From contig JAQGDQ010000794.1 of assembly GCA_030141605.1 (NCBI GenBank), positions 1-64,000 on the forward strand: DNA of 64,000 bases, in the 5' to 3' direction. Under the pieces are notes generated by a model. The model saw only the letters and a list, made by a program, of their open reading frames with translations, had not been told where the DNA came from and did not search any database. The stretch comes from Tubiluchus corallicola. Lineage: Eukaryota; Animalia; Priapulida. The translations under genes were made by a program, and so were the position numbers. This document shows positions 34,844 through 47,652 of the stretch, piece after piece. The number at the start of each line of letters is the position of its first letter. The first letter of the stretch is position 1.

Positions 34844-35489
34844 TGCTCCGTATATACTTTTCTGTCGGATAGCGAATACCGGATATCATCGAATATTTCC
34901 TCAAATTGACTTCCGGATTCGGATTATAACCGAATCGGTTAGATAAATTCGGATCGAATATGCCGATCAGTTCGGATAATGAAAAATTAGTAAATGTTTG
35001 CAAACTTTAGCGTTTTCATTGAATCTGTCATCTTAAAGAACCTAGCCCAAAGATACCCACACAAACGAAAAAACATGTGTGTAAAATTTTCATCTTTTAA
35101 AACGCACACATTGGCTAAAACAATCATTATGTTTTTTGGAAATGTTTTATTTATTGATTTTCGGCTGTTATATTATTCGAAAACCGGATAGCGAATATTT
35201 GCGAATATCAAATTTTTGTAACTACCGGATAATATCGGTCACGAATACCTGCAAAATCACGCGAATATCACCATTTTCGGATACGAATCGGAGATCCGGA
35301 CCAACACTAGGAGCCAATTGCAATTTGTCAAGATTTCGGATGATTTCGACTACCCAGTGTTAGAATTGCCTTATCACATACCCCACCACGACATGGATAT
35401 CATACCGATGTGGACATTTGTACATTTTATTCTTACTCGTCCCAAGGACAGGCAATACCATCAATAGTAAAAAGCAGCCAAAAATCTTC

Positions 35490-35902
35490 TCTTTAAAACA
35501 CACTATTTTTTTAATGACTTACGTGAAGGCATGGTTACCACACAAAACAATTGCACGTTTGCACCACTAGTTCTTTGATGTTACACGCATTTCGCCATTC
35601 GCTAGTTAGAATTAAAATCAAACTTAACATTTGTCAAGTTTTTTTATCACGCTGAACAGCAACGCAATTGAATTTTCTCTTTCACAAACACATGCAACAC
35701 TCTAGTGGAAATTTTTTTCGTGTTAAAAATTACGTTAATTTGTGATGTCATAAATAGTTGGGTTGGTCCGCCATTAATTAGGTTTTAATCTATTATTTTA
35801 TTATCAGAAACACTTTTACAGTATTAATTGTGCTAAAATGTATACTTCTTGTCGTACTCGAAAATGGGGTAATATATGAAAAAGCACCCTGCCTTCCCTT
35901 AA
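35490..35902 (-). mobile_element. MITE family B, reverse, internally deleted
   Basis: The reverse complement begins TTAAgggaaggcagggtgctttttcatatattaccccattttc and contains ttaatggcggaccaacc..gatgacatcacaaa and cttcacgtaagtca. Confidence 0.65.
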
Positions 35903-38900
35903 GAAAGCTATAACAACAATAAATCACGCCATTTAGCAAAATAATAACATAATTGATGATATGGTTTATTATTTTTTTACTCTGCTTTAATAAATTAACG
36001 CACTTTTTTCCTTTAACATGTACAGCTTGAACTAATTTACTGTAATTCTTATTATTTGCTATTTTTTTGTACGAGTACAAAAATCGTTTTAATAAATAAA
36101 TATTTTTCTCTCTCCTTTTAAAAATTATTAAGTTTCTTACCTCCACTAGTGCAGAAAATATTTGTTTGCACTTGTCGCTTGTTTGCTTAATGGCTTCGCT
36201 GTTATTCTCTTTGTTAGCTGTTTGTCCTGATGGATTTGAATGGTTTCTTGGTGCTAACGGAACAATGAACTATTGCTACAAATTCATTGATATAACCGCT
36301 GATACCCGTGTGGAAGCCTATTACATCTGCAAGCAATATGGGGCATCATTGGCGACAGTTAAAAGTGAAGAAAATTGGGATTACTTCTCTACGTGAGTAT
36401 TATTACGCTGCCAACTTTACTCTTTAAGACATTGAAGTAAGTTTTTGAAATTGACGTTGTATCTGTAAACTAAACTCAGAAAGTAAAATTTTTGATTAAC
36501 TAATTCAATTCCTAATTGCTTATTCCTGCAATGCTGTTGGAGCTTTAATAACTTTTTTTGTTTTCTCTCTATTAACCCCACCCCCACGTCCACCCCTGCC
36601 TCATAGTATTTATTTCATTTTTCATTTCATTTTGTAGACATAGTATTAATTTCTTATACCATAAAAATATAATTACCAAAAAACTACAATTTTTGTATTT
36701 TTTGAATTTTAAAGAAAATTTAAAGAATTTTAAAATATTTGAATAAGTATTATACATTAAAAGTAGGTCTCCATTAAAATAGTTACATGCCAATAGGCGG
36801 AAATTTTGGAGCACATAAAACATTAATATTGTTAATTACATGTTTTAACAAGCCATCGGAAGAGTTTAAAAGAAAACCAGTCGATTGAATAGATTCAATC
36901 TTATTTTAATTTATTGTCCAAAATATACTTTTTCTTGCCTATAAAAGTTAGCATTTGTTTCTCGTATTTGAATAATTAACTTACAAAGTTAATTAACGGC
37001 AACCAAACACACTTATCGCTTACATCACAAACCAACCACAACTTGTGAAATGGTAAACGAAGATTGCCGTAAGAAGCTAATGTTATGTCACGAAAATGAG
37101 CTCTACATGACACTGACATCACAGACGAAGACTGCAGTTCATGATCGTGCTTATCACGGTACTGCGCCTATTTGTCCACCATGCGAATGAGCCGCGCGTA
37201 GCTTTAAAAGTTCAACCAAATTTAACTGCCCGAGGCAATTATTTAATCTAAGCTTTCAATTAAAAAAAGCTGTTTTAGTATTCAATAGTTTAGAGCAATG
37301 TTTATTCTGAACTAACGTCTACTCAATCGTCCGGTTTTCTAAGTTAACGCGCGGCATCTAAGTATATATGTACTTTTATGCAAATTAAGTTTAAAATTAC
37401 TAATAATATTTTCGATTCAAATTGTAGAAGCTCGAGTACTAGAAGCATATCTATTTTCAAAAAATTTATCATATAGTCCTGTCCCTTATTCATTTTCGTT
37501 CAAATGTTTTAGAGATTTGCAAATTTATATATTTTTTGAATCGCTAGAATACAGAATATCTAAAAAATTTAGCTTTCCGTTTTTTCAAAATCTCACTAGC
37601 AGCAGCCATATTATCATTTGAAATTGCTTCTGTCAATGTCCAAATCTTGCTCGTTTTTCTGCTTGTAACTTGGGCAGATTTGTCTAACCTATTTCAAATG
37701 GTACCAGAACATTAAATTTTGGTGATACGATTAGTGACCTAGAAACACACAAAGTAGCCATATTACATCATCAATACTCCTCTATCCATTTCACAAAATA
37801 ACAGTGTCATTTTACTTACTATGATAGTTTATTTACAGCGTAATTAAAAACCACATGTGGTGGTTGGCTATAACGTACGATGAAGTGTTCCAAATCCATC
37901 ATTGGGACGATGGTGATACTTATGAAAATCTTGGCGGCCCTGAGCATTGGCAAAATCCTACCACCATGTGGACGGAATCTTGGGAACCTGGTACGTACCA
38001 TCATAGGCCTGTGACCATCATGAAGTAAAAATCAATGACTTGTAACACTGGAAACAAATCCATGTTGAATCATCTATAAGAAAAAAATTAGTTTGAAATC
38101 GACCTTAACACCATTTTTTTTCATTTATAGTGTACTAGGTTTAGAAAAGCAGCTTTAAAGCACAAAAAGACCTTCCACTTACATACAGCTTAAAAAATTC
38201 GTCTTGAAATTTTATACCAGTTTCATACCCTAAGTCCTTGCTTAATGTTGCTTATGACGTGGCAGCAAAACGCGTCGTTAAACGAAGCCAAAACTTCCGT
38301 ACAAAGTAATGTAAAAGAATTGAGATATGTTCTACAATCAAAAATCAATACTGCTTAAATCAGGAAAGCTAAACGTTTTATGAGTTTCTTTATGGGTTCT
38401 ACAAATTATTTTTTTCTGTTTGCATTAAATGTGTCAAATGTTGAGCGTCGTTAAAACGAAGCGTTGTTAAACGGGGAGTCATTAAGCGAGGACTTACTTT
38501 TTCGCATAAATATAATAGTCTCTGAAAGTGTAACAGGCATTACGTTTTTCGGGTTAATGATGACAAGTGTCAGGAGAGCTGTCTCGTATTTCAAAATGTA
38601 GATGTATTGAAAAAAGTTGCACCACAGGCATATGTGTAAAATTGACATGCACACGATTTGAACATCATTGTTTTCGTATTTACACAACATTTAGAGAACT
38701 TGTCTGATAAAGAATTTGCCCTTAGATTAAAACCATTCAACTGCACTTTCATAGCCTTAAATAGTATTATAGTAAGTCCTCACTTACCGGTTGCCCGTTT
38801 AGCGAACTTTCGTTTTATTGAAGATTTTTTACCTTGCAAAAAGATTTTTTATATTATCAACAACTTTTTTGCTTAATTTGAAGCATTAAAATGGTACATA

Positions 38901-41409
38901 TTGCATTATTCTCTTTCAAAAATGCATTGGTTGCCTAACTAGTGGAATTATTATAATACCATTATAACACCTATTATAATATTTATAATACTTATTATAA
39001 CACTATTGTAATACTTTTTATAATACTTCCTGACTGACTACTATCCGAGTTCAAACTTTATGCAAAAGAATTTTGTCTACAACATCATAACAACCAGATT
39101 AGTAGTATACGAAGATGTGTCAGGGTTTAATTTATTGGCATAAGCAGTATCGATGTTTTGAGTTTTGGTGACGAAACGTATCGAATTTCTTTTACATTAC
39201 TTCCTACGGAAGTTTAGCTTCATTTAACGATGTTCCGCTTAACGTAGCATTTTGCTGGAATGCTTTAGTAAAACGAGAACTTATTGTACTAGTACTAAAA
39301 AGTACTATCTTTTTTCAGACATAATGGACGAATTTTGTATAGTTGCTGAACTAAGCTACAATTACCAATGGCGAAAAAATGTTTGTAAGTATATTTCCAC
39401 GGATGGAATGCACGTGCATCCCGAAGCGGAAGAAGTTAATGTCGTTTGTGAATATGACGCTGAAACCATAGCAACTAATTTAACAGGAGGTTTGTAGTAT
39501 ACCTTTACATAAAACTTGCCGACTATATGTGGGATATTAATATAACACACGTAATCGTGAGTTACAGGACAAAAGTTACAATAACTACAGAGACGAGAGT
39601 CACAGCAAAGAGACAAAAGTTATAGTAGTTGCAGAGACGAGAGTTACAGCAGAGACAAAAGTTACAGCAGTTGCAGATACAATATTTACTCATGACCTCC
39701 CAGACGCAAACGCGTTACCACTAGGCTAAACCGTCTGGTCTTAAAATTCATATTGTTAATCACAGTTAGTCACAGTTCAGCACACGCCGTGAACAGTCGG
39801 CTAATCCCTACATAATTTCTTGTTTCTTCGGGTTCTAATTACAGTTTGTTTCGCCTGGACATCCTCATGAGTAATAATATGGCATCAATGGGAGGCCAGA
39901 AATCATCATCATTGATACGGACACGAAAAATATAACGTAGGTTTACCGAGGTTTTGAAACAGTAAGACTTGATCGTATATATTAATTTCGGTGATATAGT
40001 TTACGGATATATAACGGACGGGGTTACAGCTGACACCATTTTCGACGTCTTATTTCTAGAGATCAAAAACGGGCCATGGGTGGTGCTGGTAATATTGAAT
40101 AGCCCGTTTAGCGGTGGGTATAATAGTCGTATTTAGATTCCGCGAGAGGGCAACTAATGCACGCTACGGGCATTTTCCCGGACCCAACTCCCAATTTTTT
40201 CGAAATTTTGGCCTAACGGTCTGTAGAAAAAACGTTCTAGCGGCGTTCAGTGGGACTCTCGGAAAGAGATATATGGCTCTTTAGAAAGAGGAAGAACAGG
40301 GCTACACGATGGTGTAGGCAATATGTTAGGACACGTTCACCAAGAAGAGTGGCTACGAGTTAATTAGATGTTCCATTTTTGGTAATTTTCGCTTGGAAAA
40401 CTGCTGACGCAAATAACCTTATAACTTTAATTCATTAAAAGCCGCTGCTGCTGGCTTGGCATTAGGTAAACAAACAAACACTAAGTAAGACGTTCGCGCA
40501 TTGTTGATTATAAGTGAATTTATACACAAAAATTTTTGCGGGGCCTTTGCTAGTTTTTTGTTAATTTAGGCGATGGAAATCAGTGTCCTTCTGGATGGAC
40601 TGATTACTCAGACAGCAGTTCTTCATCTTGCCTCAAGGTAATTCAACTTGACTTGAATTTGGTTAGAAGTCACTTTGACACTTTTGCTCTTGCTGAATGG
40701 AGTTGTTGGCAGGAAGCTGAAGGGTTGACTGCTTCTCTAGCTAAAGTTGATTCAGAAGAGAAACTGGAAGCTGTTGGAGCAGAAGTCGACTTAGCAATTG
40801 GAAAGTATGTATAGTATTTAGCAAAAAATAAGTATTGTGTGAGTTAAATAAATCATGAAGTATGGAAAGTATGTACACTAGGCTTCACTCAGTTAACTTT
40901 TCATTAATTAAACAAGTTTTTTTGCAATTCCAGCGATTGATGATGATCGTAAAAAAGGTCACAGGTTAAGTGTAGAAGACAACGCATTTGTGCATATATG
41001 ACAAAACGACTGACATTACAGAACTGTTGTGGGTAGACGGCTTTGCTTTACCCACATGCCACGTGTCGGTTGTAGTTAAAACGCATTACTGTGGTACACT
41101 TAGCCTTTGACCTACAGCATCTGCGGATGCGCACAACGAAACTGTGGAAAAGCTTATTTTTGATATTAGTTTTTAAGGGAAATTTAATAGCACTGTTTAA
41201 ATAATTTGTGACTAATTTTTAAATAATTTTTGTAAAGTGGTCTTCCAAAGGCATGGGTTGGTCTCACACAATACGGTTCTACCAATAGCTTTTTGCACCT
41301 GTTAGATATGCAAATTATTCCAGGCTCTGGGTGGACTGGTATATACAACAGACTTGGAACATTCGAAGGTAAATTGGTAAATTCTATGGAAAAATATAAT
41401 TGTGCATAT

Positions 41410-42040
41410 TTAAAGAAAGACAGGATGATTTTCCATGTAATACCTCATTTTCAAGTCCGATAAAAAGTCTACATTTTAACACAGTTAATACTGGAAAAGC
41501 GTTCCTGATATTTAAATAATAGATTAAAAACTTAATTAACGGCGGACGAACCAAACTATTGATGACATCACAAACTAACATATTTTTCAACACCGAAAAT
41601 ATTCCACTAACGTGTTGCACATGTTTGCGAAAGCGAAAATTGAAGTACAGAGCTACTGTAAGATATTCAGTGTGTTGTACTAAAACTAGGCAAGTTTTAA
41701 GATAAAAATTCAAATTTCAAGTTTACCGCTGCGCTCATGCATGAGTTGTCTAACTTGCGCACTTCCTCACACACTTATACATCTGAACTGAGAGGTACAG
41801 CACGTGTTTCTTGTGCAATGCGTTTCTGAAATGTAGGCCGTGGTGTCAGCCTAACCAGAGAATGGCAAAATGCTTGTAACAGCGAAGAACTAGTGACGCG
41901 AACGCGAAATTTGTTTGTCTGGTAATAATTCCTTCACGTAAGTCATGTTTTTCCTTTTTCCATATGTGTTTCCTTTCATTGTTTTAAAGAGTAGATTGTT
42001 TTGACCTAGAGTTTAAGATTAGGTCCAGTGTTGCTTTGAG
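41410..42040 (+). mobile_element. MITE family B (Kolobok-like), near full length ~630 bp
   Basis: TTAAagaaagacaggatgattttcc ... gtttaagattaggtccagtgttgctttga. The 5' end is an inverted match to the family 3' end cctgtttccctttaa. Confidence 0.7.
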
Positions 42041-42360
42041 ATACATTGCACGTAATCACATTGATACAAAGCTGTTTGTATAGTCATGTTGTGTTTTTCC
42101 CTTTCTTAATTAGTCAAGTCTCCGCAACTCACATCTTAGGAATAAAGTTTAGTTTTTGTTTTTTACCTGTCCCTAAATCTGTGAATAAAGATGCTGATAT
42201 TAACGTGAACGTATTTGAAAACAATACGTTCTGAATACTTCTTTGTAGCAGGTGCTGGGGTGATCGTGGTTTCTGATTTGACGACAGACACATTTGTTCT
42301 TGAAAACAGGAACACTGATGCATCTATCGAGTATGCAGTCTGTGAGCTGCCCTTGCCACA

Positions 42361-42890
42361 GACAGGTGAGACACTATTCACTTTGTAAGGCACCACTGTT
42401 TCAGGCAGGTGAGACACTACCTTCACTGTGTGAAGCACCACTGTTGCAGGTAGGTGAGACACTATTCACTTTGTAAGGCACCGCTGTTGCAGGCAGGTGA
42501 GGCACTATTCACTGTGTGAAGCACCACTGTTGCAGGTAGGTGAGACACTATTCACTTTGTAAGGCACCGCTGTTGCAGGCAGGTGAGGCACTATTCACTT
42601 TGTAAAGCACTACTGTTGCAGGCAGGTGAGGCACTATTCACTTTGTGAGGCACCACTGTTGCAGAAAAGTGAGACACTATGCACTGTGTGAGGCACCGCT
42701 CTTGCAGGTAGGTGAGGCACTATTCACTTTGTAAAGCACTACTGTTGCAGGCAGGTGAGACACTATGCACTGTGTGAGGCACCACTGTTGCAGGCAGGTG
42801 AGACACTATTCACTGTGTGAGGCACCACTGTTGCAGGCTGGTGAGACAATATTCATTGTGTGAGGCACCACTGTTGCAGGCACGTGAGGT
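42361..42890. repeat. ~43-bp minisatellite (~12 copies) starting at an exon/intron junction
   Basis: Unit caggtgagacactattcactttgtaaggcaccactgttgcagg. Confidence 0.9.
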
Positions 42891-43384
42891 TTCCCATCTA
42901 TATATGCCAGCAAATACGCATCACACATCACGCATTACGCATTACGCATTACAGATTGCGTCTTATGCACACATGGAATTACTTTGGCTACACATGAATG
43001 AGTGAGTAAGTGAGTGAGTGAGTGAGTGAGTGAGTGAGTGAGTGAGTGAGTGAGTGAGTGAGTGAGTGAGTAAGTTTATTTTCATTATTTACAAAGAACA
43101 TAACAGTAACAGGTGTAATTTGAATAACTCTGATTTCTTAGCACGATTTTATACTTTCAGTTAAGTATAACTGTACTTCCGGTATGCATAACGGGCGTTC
43201 TAAATGTCTTGAGGATGGCGGGTCAGTGATGACTTATTTAGAAGCGTATATGGTATGCTCTTCTCCACGGAGACTCTTGGAAGTGACAAAACCACAAGAT
43301 ACCATCGCTCTTTTGGCCATGTTCAATCTCAGTGATTACTACGATTATGGTACAAATAGCTACACGGGATCGTAAGTTTTTCTT

Positions 43385-43660
43385 TCATCTAAGCTATGAA
43401 TTCTGCCATTCTTTTCATCTAAGCTATGAGTTCTGACTTTCATTTCATCTAAGCTATGAATTCTGACTTTCATTTCATCTAAGCTATGAATTCTGACTTT
43501 CATTTCATCTAAGCTATGAATTCTGACTTTCATTTCATCTAAGCTATGAATACTAACTTTCATTTCACCTAAGCTATGAATGCTAACTTTCATTTCATCT
43601 AAGCTATGAATTCTGACTTTCAATTCATCTAAGCTATGAATTCTGACTTTGATTTCATCT
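43385..43660. repeat. 30-bp minisatellite, ~9 copies
   Basis: Unit ttcatctaagctatgaattctgactttcat. Confidence 0.95.
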
Positions 43661-44269
43661 CAGTTATATTTTGATCAACTGATTGTTGAAGGTACATAAA
43701 TGAAAACATTGGAAGCCAGTAGAATAATAGAAACTTTTACGTTCATTACAGGAACTACGGAAACGTCTGGCTTTCACCAAGATCAAACATCGGAAACGGA
43801 AACTATGAAACACCTGATGGACGTACAGTTGGAGTTTTTGATGAATGGATAACAAAAGACTGGCCGACGTACACCTACACAGTTGAATGGCTGGGTTACT
43901 CCCTTTGGAAAACTGAAATAGTTCAAACTGTTTCCAAGGTCTGTCGCATCTCTTTTTCTGCATTGTATTATATTTAACTTAATTCGTGCTGGTTTTTTAA
44001 GAGTTGTGTAATCAATTGTTGTACACAATAATCAGTTGGTCCTGGCGAGATACACCTAAAGTGTTTCAGACTAATTAGGCGTGTTTGTATATATTTCTTT
44101 CCTGTAGCCATTATTTATTGCTAATTTTCACCACTTTACTCTTGAGAATAGTTTTTCATTATTTCCATTAAATTTGGCATGAAAAAGATTATTTTATTAT
44201 AGCAAGTGGTCACGGTATGTCCTGAACAAACACAGGCATATACATACACATAAATATTGACACCACAAA

Positions 44270-45000
44270 CATATTGACATAGACATAGGCATAGGCATAG
44301 TCATAGGCACATAGACATAGACATAGACATAGGCATAGGCATAGGCATAGGCATAGTCATAGGCATAGGCATAGGCATAGGCATAGGCATAGGCATAGGC
44401 ACAGGCATAGGCATTAGACATAGGCATAGACATCTTTACTGGTCATATATACTTCATATGAGTAGATGAAATTTGTCATTTCAGCCTTGGATATTAGTAA
44501 CAAGCAACCTGCACATCAAAATTGCAACTGTAAAATAAATTCAAATGTAAATTTAAAAGCTAAGTGGTTCAATTAGTGTAAACCTTAAAAAAGTGTTTAG
44601 AGTTTAGCAAATACTAACTACTGTGATTAAAGGGTAGAAAAAGAAAATTTAGAGCAATTTGTTCTTGAAAAGGGTAAATATAATCTTATTTTGAGTGGGA
44701 AGATGCAAATTCTATTTATAAAACATGATAATAAGTGATAAATTATCAATTAGTTAATAATTAGTTGAGTTATCAACAGTTAGGTTTTCCATTTTTCGAA
44801 TAAAATACATTTTCTTATTAGTCTTACCGAGTACACGAGAAACACGCGAAGAAAATGTTAATTTCTTGTCTATAGAGCATTGAAGGTACTTATAGTCATC
44901 AACTATTTCTACAACAGTGAGTGTGTCGGGTTTGCAAATAGTTTTTCCTCAGTTATTGTGGGTGTGCCGTTCCAGGCCCACTCGAGATAAGTGAATTTTC
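44270..45000 (-). mobile_element. L2/Rex1-type LINE 3' fragment with hexamer microsatellite tail
   Basis: Minus-strand VEIVDDYKYLQCSIDKKLTFSSRVSRVLGKTNKKMYFIRKM (~44790-44920) matches VExVxxYKYLGxxIDxKLxF...YFLRKL. The (gcctat/gtctat)n tract at 44270-44432 sits at the element's 3' end. Confidence 0.7.
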
Positions 45001-46793
45001 ATGAAGTAGGGACGCTATGCTTATTTTAGTAGTCATACATTATTTTAAGTGTTTATAAACCCTCCCCACACTCATATACATAATATTTTGCCATTCCCTT
45101 AATAACTTTTAACATGCTGTACATGTACCTCTTAAAAAACTTACCATCAATCAACAAATCGTGTGTTGTGTACAATCTCACGTCGGCAAGTAGCATCTCA
45201 AGCGGGCGCAATGCTACATTTCGTTTTTGGTGTGTATTCACCCGCCGAATAAATACACTATTCACTGTAAATGGTAATTTTTTATGATTTATAATATTAT
45301 TTTAATGTTAGAATTAATATTTTTAACATATTTTATACATTTTGTGATTTTTTAGGCTAATTTCATCAAATCTATACATTACTGTGCAATACGTACTACG
45401 TATGTGCAAAAATACTTTAGACGGAGTACGGCAAAAACCCGTGAAACAGCGAAAATACCGCGATAAATATTTTACATTAATAATTTCGAAAACCCGCGAA
45501 ACAGCGAGCGTACATTGTAATGGGATCTGTCCGGAAAATTTCTTCTGTACACGAAGTTTCCCTTATTCAGGGAGGTTGTGTTGGCAGCAATGGTGACACA
45601 GCTACTGCAGCCATTTCATACTGATAAGTTACAGAGCCGTTCTTGACAATTTTGGCAGTGTGCCACAACGGCTAACAAAGGTCTGCTTTTAACAGCTCTG
45701 TACAGTAAGTTGTTGATTAACGACTCCTCGTTTTAACGATGCTGAACATTTGACAACTTTTATTCATTTACCGACGCACTGTTTCATTTTACGACGATCT
45801 TTTTTACTTTGCTGGAAAATGATTTTGATACTGTCAACAACTTTTGTACCTAATCTGATGCACAGGAACAGTACGTATTGCATTGTTCTGTTCTAGAACC
45901 ACATTAACGTAAGCAGTGCAATTATTATACATATAAAAGTTTTTGCTTCCCGACTGACCACTAAATGTTTGTATTGGGAGGAAACTGTATGCAAGAAATT
46001 TTGCCTGCAGCCTGTTGCTGTAGTAACCAAACTAGGTAAAATTCCCACGATCGCCCAATGCTTGGCTTTGACTCCATTGTTTAACCATTATCTACACTTA
46101 AATGTTAATGAAATAACCAGTTAGGTAAGTAAGATATGCAGGTTCTTTCAAGAAAGTAGAAATAGATCACCCATTCGGTTACTACCCAGGCTTGGCACTG
46201 TTTAACTTTTTAGACAAGCACACACTTTGATGTTTTCCTGGTCCCAGTCTGAGCACTTGCTTTTATACTACTTTGTGCTATCAGCTGATTATTTTTTTCA
46301 GAGGAATCATTGCGTTGCACACTATACTACTTATAATAGGATGCTATACTGCTACGTTAACGTAAGGCCAATATGTGAACTTAGCGAACACATTCCTGGT
46401 ATGTGCCAAGCTCAGATTTCAACTGTTTCTAAATATCTAGCTCACATGTGTTGTCAAAATTAGCATTGCTTTACACAACGTAGAACAATGTTACACAATG
46501 TACACAGTTCGAATCCAACATTTGAATCATTATCCGACTGACTTTATATCTTTATATCGTAACTGGATGTATTATAACTTATATTTCATTCAACGAATCT
46601 CAGCAACAGGCTACTTTTATTTCTTTATTTTGAAATAAATATCGACTATGTGACGTTTCAGAAACTTTAGTTTTCTAGTATAATAATGATTTCATTACTA
46701 CATCCTATATTACAATGATTTCACTCTAACATTTCAAGAACAAATGTGCAGAATTGAGCATCGTGTACCCTAGCCTGTTTTTCAAGGTCTTCC

Positions 46794-46943
46794 TTAAACG
46801 GCAAGAAAACGGGTACCATAAGTAGGTTTCTGACAAAGCAACTTAAAAATTATATTACTTTATAGCAATTTTATGCATATATCGTATTCGCGTTAGAAGG
46901 ATTTTTTGTTTGTTTTATTTTAAAATTCCAGCAATGCTGTTTC
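46794..46943 (-). mobile_element. Truncated reverse MITE family A copy inserted at TTAA inside a lectin exon
   Basis: TTAAacggcaagaaaacgggtaccataagtaggtttc...aattatattactttatagcaattttatgc is the reverse complement of ~15625-15773. Confidence 0.75.
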
Positions 46944-47229
46944 ATGTAAAGTGGGCACTTCTGTTCAGGTGACAAATCTGCCTACAGTATATGAATAAGC
47001 TGGATCATCTAATGTAACCTATAAACAGGTAAAAAATTACGCCCAGGTGAGGCCATGCTTTGTCATTTAGTGATTAAGGAAATACAACTATAACGGACTA
47101 GAAAGAACGCACAGTTAAATGTTAGAATTATTAATTGTGACTGTGTTTAGAAAGCTATTGCAGTTTATTTTACCAATTATTACCCATCGCGGGTCATGGG
47201 TTGGAAAAAGGAGACATTGAAAAATTGCG

Positions 47230-47297
47230 GACTAATTGGGATTTGAACCCGAGGCCCGGGATTTTTACTCCCATGCTCTACCAACTAAGCTACCAGC
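47230..47297 (-). mobile_element. tRNA-derived (SINE-like) sequence / tRNA pseudogene
   Basis: Minus strand ggtagcttagttggtagagcatgggagtaaaaatcccgggcctcgggttcaaatcccaattagtc has an A-box (tagcttagttgg) and B-box (ggttcaaatcc), but acceptor and anticodon arms are irregular. Confidence 0.6.
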
Positions 47298-47652
47298 ATG
47301 ACAGAGCAGGCCTGAGATTTCCTCCTTGTAGCTCAAAACCCTACAGCGCCACATGTACCAACGACAGCAGGGGAATACTTATGGCCGGCATCAACACTTT
47401 CCCAAATTACCTGGCAACTAACGGTATCATTAATTAATTATGAATGTGGTTGATAGATTTTTCATAACGTTAGAATTAAAATAAATCGTAAATCTTGATA
47501 AAGGAGCATTGTGCGGAAATATTGTACAAGTGCCATATTTGCACTTCATGAATCATACTCTCTGTGAAAAGACAAAGCTATAAGAGATTCAAACAAAGTT
47601 GTTAAATTTTGGTTGTTTGGATGCATACACTTTCATGTTTTGTTTGATTCAG

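Noticed and set aside
34515-34946. His-rich ORF
   Set aside because: Read-through of CCCTAA-like and (CAT)n repeats.
40140-41150. Possible DNA-transposon fragment in lectin intron
   Set aside because: No termini, TSD or protein motif could be established by eye.
47230-47297. Functional tRNA gene
   Set aside because: A and B boxes are present but the cloverleaf is irregular; better explained as a tRNA-derived repeat.
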